Assembly: GCA_050747525.1 (NCBI GenBank)
Contig: JBOGOC010000097.1
Location: forward strand, 74,209 to 138,208
Length of the DNA: 64,000 bases
DNA from: Candidatus Polarisedimenticolia bacterium
GTDB lineage: Bacteria; Acidobacteriota; Polarisedimenticolia; JACPZX01; DASXTC01
Direction of reading: 5' to 3'
The notes below the pieces were generated by a model. That model was given only the letters and a program-made list of their open reading frames with translations. It ran no database searches and was not told where the DNA came from. Position numbers and translations under genes: made by a program. Shown in pieces: positions 62,022-64,000 of the stretch (its first letter is position 1; each line of letters starts with the position of its first letter).

Positions 62022-62578
62022 GAGGGCTTGCTCATCAGAAACGCGCGCGCTCCCGGAAACACGACGATCCCCTCGCGCAGGAAGCCCACCCCGGCGGCCG
62101 TCTGCACCAGGATGTCGAAGTCCTTCGCGCGCACGTGCATCCTGGGCTCGGCCACCAGCATCCGTCCTCCCGGGCGGAGCGCCCGGTAGGCCTGTGAGAA
62201 GAAGTCCGCCGCATCGGGCGCCTCGTGCACCATGAAGATGGCCGGCACGAAGTCCACGCGTCCCGCCATGTCCTCCACCCCCAGATGCCCGTGAGATCCG
62301 TGCCGGGCGTCGATCCGATCCGCCAGCCCCGCCCGCGCGGCGCGGCGCCGCAGCGCGGCGAGCATCCTGTCCTGCACGTCCACAGCCACCACGCGTCCCG
62401 AAGGCCCCACGAGGCGGGCCAGCTCCAGCGTGAAGAACCCCATCCCCGGGCCGGGCTCCAGCACCGTCATCCCCTCGCGCACGTGAGGCCCGAGCAGCTT
62501 AGCGGGATTCTGGCGGAGCCGCCGCAGCGGAATCAGGAGAAGATACCCGGCCCACCAGGGACAGAGGCGGTGCGGCAT
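62018..62578 (-). CDS. class I SAM-dependent methyltransferase
   Basis: Motif I VLEPGPGMGFFTLELARLVGPSGRVVAVDV. Post-I acidic (DVQDRML). Motif II/III region. Stop overlaps the start of the selenoprotein candidate. Confidence 0.65.
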   Translation of the reverse strand: MPHRLCPWWAGYLLLIPLRRLRQNPAKLLGPHVREGMTVLEPGPGMGFFTLELARLVGPSGRVVAVDVQDRMLAALRRRAARAGLADRIDARHGSHGHLGVEDMAGRVDFVPAIFMVHEAPDAADFFSQAYRALRPGGRMLVAEPRMHVRAKDFDILVQTAAGVGFLREGIVVFPGARAFLMSKPS

Positions 62579-62610
62579 GCCTGTCAGGATGACACATGGA
62601 TGGATGTACC

Positions 62611-64000
62611 ATGCGGCCCATGGGCCGCAGCACCACGACCACGTGGCTGAGCAACCTGGCGCTTTCCTTCGTCGCGGTCATCGTGTTCGCCGCGGTGGGC
62701 GAGACCGTCCTGTGGCTGGCGGGCGCCCCCACCTTGAGGGAGTCGCGCGACCCGTTCCGGGGTTTCTCGAACAGGGTGCGGGTGTTCGAGGAGGACCGAT
62801 CGCATGGCGTCTTCCGCACCGCGGAGCACGCCATGCGGCATTCGTTCCGCGACCAGCGGTTCCTGGCGCGCAGGCCCTCCGGGGGGCTGCGCGTGTTCGT
62901 GCTGGGAGGCTCCAGCGCCTACGGCTTTCCACACGACGCCGGGACGGCGTTTGCCGCGTTGCTGGGGCGCACGCTCGAGCTGGCGCATCCCGACAGGCGT
63001 GTGGAGGTGGTCAACGCGGCGGCCATGTCGTACGGCTCGCACCGCCTGCGGGTGCTCGCCCACGAGGTGCTGGAGCACGAGGTGGACGTTCTGGTGCTGT
63101 ACGAAGCGCACAACGAGTTCGTGGAGGAGCGGTTCTACCGCCAGATCGCGGACGCCCCACGGGCGCTCGAGCCGCTGCGCGCCCGGCTGCACGGCACGCG
63201 ACTCTATTCCGCTCTGACATTCGGCCTCCAGGGGCTGATGCGGCGCGAACCCCCGGCCATCCCGGCCGGCGCGCTCCTGGGGCTCGACGTGGCGCGAGAG
63301 GATGCTTCGCACCGCAGGGACGACGACAAGCGCCTTGCCGTGGCCAGATTCCGGGAGAATCTCTCCGCGGTGCTCGACCTGGCGCGCAGACGTGGCACGC
63401 AGGCCGTGCTGTGCACCGTGGCAGCCAACCTGCGGGACTGGCCTCCGAACCAGTCGCTCTTCGACCCCTCGACATCCGCAGAGGGGCGCGAGGAGGCGCT
63501 GGCGCTGGAGGCGGCCGCCCGCACGGCGCTCGACAAGTCCGACGCTGCCGGCGCTCTCGCGGCGATCCAGCGCGCGACGATGCTGGCGCCCGGACACGCG
63601 GGCTTCCGTTACCTGGAGGGGCGAGCCCTGGAGGGGCTGGCGCGATGGGACGAGGCGCGCACGGCCTACCGGCGCGCCGCGGACGACGACGCCCAGCCCG
63701 CGCGGGCTCTCTCGAACTTCAACGACACGATCCGGCGTCTGGCAAGCGAGAGGTCGCTCCCGCTGGCCGACATCGAACGGCACTTCGAGCGCTCCTCGCC
63801 TCACGGACTCGTGGGCTTCAACCTGATCGAGGACTACGTGCACCCCACCGCCGAGGGGCACCAGCGGATCGCCTTCGAGGTGTGGCGCGTCATGGAGGAA
63901 GCGGGCCTGGCCGGCGACCCGGCGCGCGCCGATGAGGCGCTGTTCGGCAGGGTCGTGGCGGCGGCGCGCGCGGCGCGCAACCAGGCCGAGGCCCCCACCG
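62611..64000 (+). CDS. membrane-anchored SGNH/GDSL-family hydrolase with TPR-like region, partial (runs off the window end)
   Basis: Frame 1 is absent from the track because it has no stop inside the window. MRPMGRSTTTTWLSNLALSFVAVIVFAAVGETVLWLAG (TM anchor). Block I (RVFVLGGSSAYGF). Block V catalytic DxxH (EDYVHPTAEGHQRIAFEVW). The two track ORFs here (62577..63935 plus, 62584..63861 minus) are Arg/Gly-rich shadows. Confidence 0.6.
   Translation, partial: MRPMGRSTTTTWLSNLALSFVAVIVFAAVGETVLWLAGAPTLRESRDPFRGFSNRVRVFEEDRSHGVFRTAEHAMRHSFRDQRFLARRPSGGLRVFVLGGSSAYGFPHDAGTAFAALLGRTLELAHPDRRVEVVNAAAMSYGSHRLRVLAHEVLEHEVDVLVLYEAHNEFVEERFYRQIADAPRALEPLRARLHGTRLYSALTFGLQGLMRREPPAIPAGALLGLDVAREDASHRRDDDKRLAVARFRENLSAVLDLARRRGTQAVLCTVAANLRDWPPNQSLFDPSTSAEGREEALALEAAARTALDKSDAAGALAAIQRATMLAPGHAGFRYLEGRALEGLARWDEARTAYRRAADDDAQPARALSNFNDTIRRLASERSLPLADIERHFERSSPHGLVGFNLIEDYVHPTAEGHQRIAFEVWRVMEEAGLAGDPARADEALFGRVVAAARAARNQAEAPT

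Noticed and set aside
62577-63935. Track ORFs 62577..63935 (+) and 62584..63861 (-)
   Set aside because: Both are Arg/Gly/Pro-rich shadows. The real gene is in the third plus frame (start 62611) and is missing from the track only because it has no stop before the window end. It shows a TM anchor, GDS(L)-like block I and a DxxH catalytic motif.
1-64000. Search for integrase, transposase, CRISPR, rRNA or a phage structural module
   Set aside because: None of the translated ORFs shows R-H-R-Y tyrosine-recombinase, serine-recombinase or DDE motifs. I saw no CRISPR-type repeats or rRNA-like segments. The tRNA-linked island therefore lacks an in-window recombinase.

Overview
High-GC (~68-70%) bacterial chromosomal segment. 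I could not identify an rRNA gene, CRISPR array, transposase or integrase in this window. Gene content (HAF and FG-GAP repeat proteins, CHAT protease, RHS toxin, PQQ propeller, many ECF sigma factors) is compatible with an Acidobacteriota-, Myxococcota- or Gemmatimonadota-like genome, but I cannot place it from sequence alone. The supplied ORF track is dominated by antisense shadow ORFs, which are typical of high-GC DNA. I chose the coding frame in each region from recognisable family motifs, signal peptides and stop/start overlaps. Starts given by the track may be GTG or TTG, and several starts were revised. About 55 CDS and one intact tRNA-Leu(UAA) are supported.

Left third (1-23 kb) is ordinary chromosome: a sulfatase (partial), an MFS transporter, a VOC protein, a HAF-repeat exoprotein, an Ada/AlkA fusion, a bacterial GH47 alpha-mannosidase, a GT-C glycosyltransferase, an OMP, PbpG, then a translationally coupled ECF sigma / anti-sigma / TPR-CHAT protease operon followed by a 1,514-aa secreted M4/M36-type metalloprotease carrying two 7-bladed PD40-like propellers and two cadherin-like domains. 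An RlpA-like lipoprotein and a PQQ-propeller membrane protein follow.

The most unusual structure lies between 23.4 and 51.1 kb. An intact tRNA-Leu(UAA) gene (50967-51055, minus strand) is preceded by five same-orientation direct repeats of the 3' half of a tRNA-Leu, each cut at the anticodon loop (labelled A 23376, F 28048, B 32716, C 35382, D 37193). Each repeat has family-specific conserved flanks with hairpins and short direct repeats, as att-site arms do. This looks like a serially assembled, tRNA-anchored composite island with no integrase in the window. Its cargo includes a CusCBA/Czc-type HME-RND efflux system, a Tat-exported SOD, a His-tailed DMT transporter and an Fbp-type iron ABC transporter. 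The cargo also includes MFS/TetR/ABM genes, an Ntn-hydrolase-LRR lipoprotein, an FG-GAP protein, DUF2252 and a second ECF sigma pair. Several genes at segment junctions are truncated or frameshifted.

Right end: a BlaI / sensor-less BlaR1(M56) / TonB-dependent receptor module. Next is a 2,072-aa RHS polymorphic toxin with a C-terminal HExxH (aspzincin-like) domain. Convergent on it is a TlpA-like thioredoxin-fold gene whose CxxC is replaced by an in-frame TGA-x-x-C, with a hairpin 9 nt downstream; this is a selenoprotein candidate, translationally coupled to a SAM methyltransferase. The window ends with a partial SGNH hydrolase.
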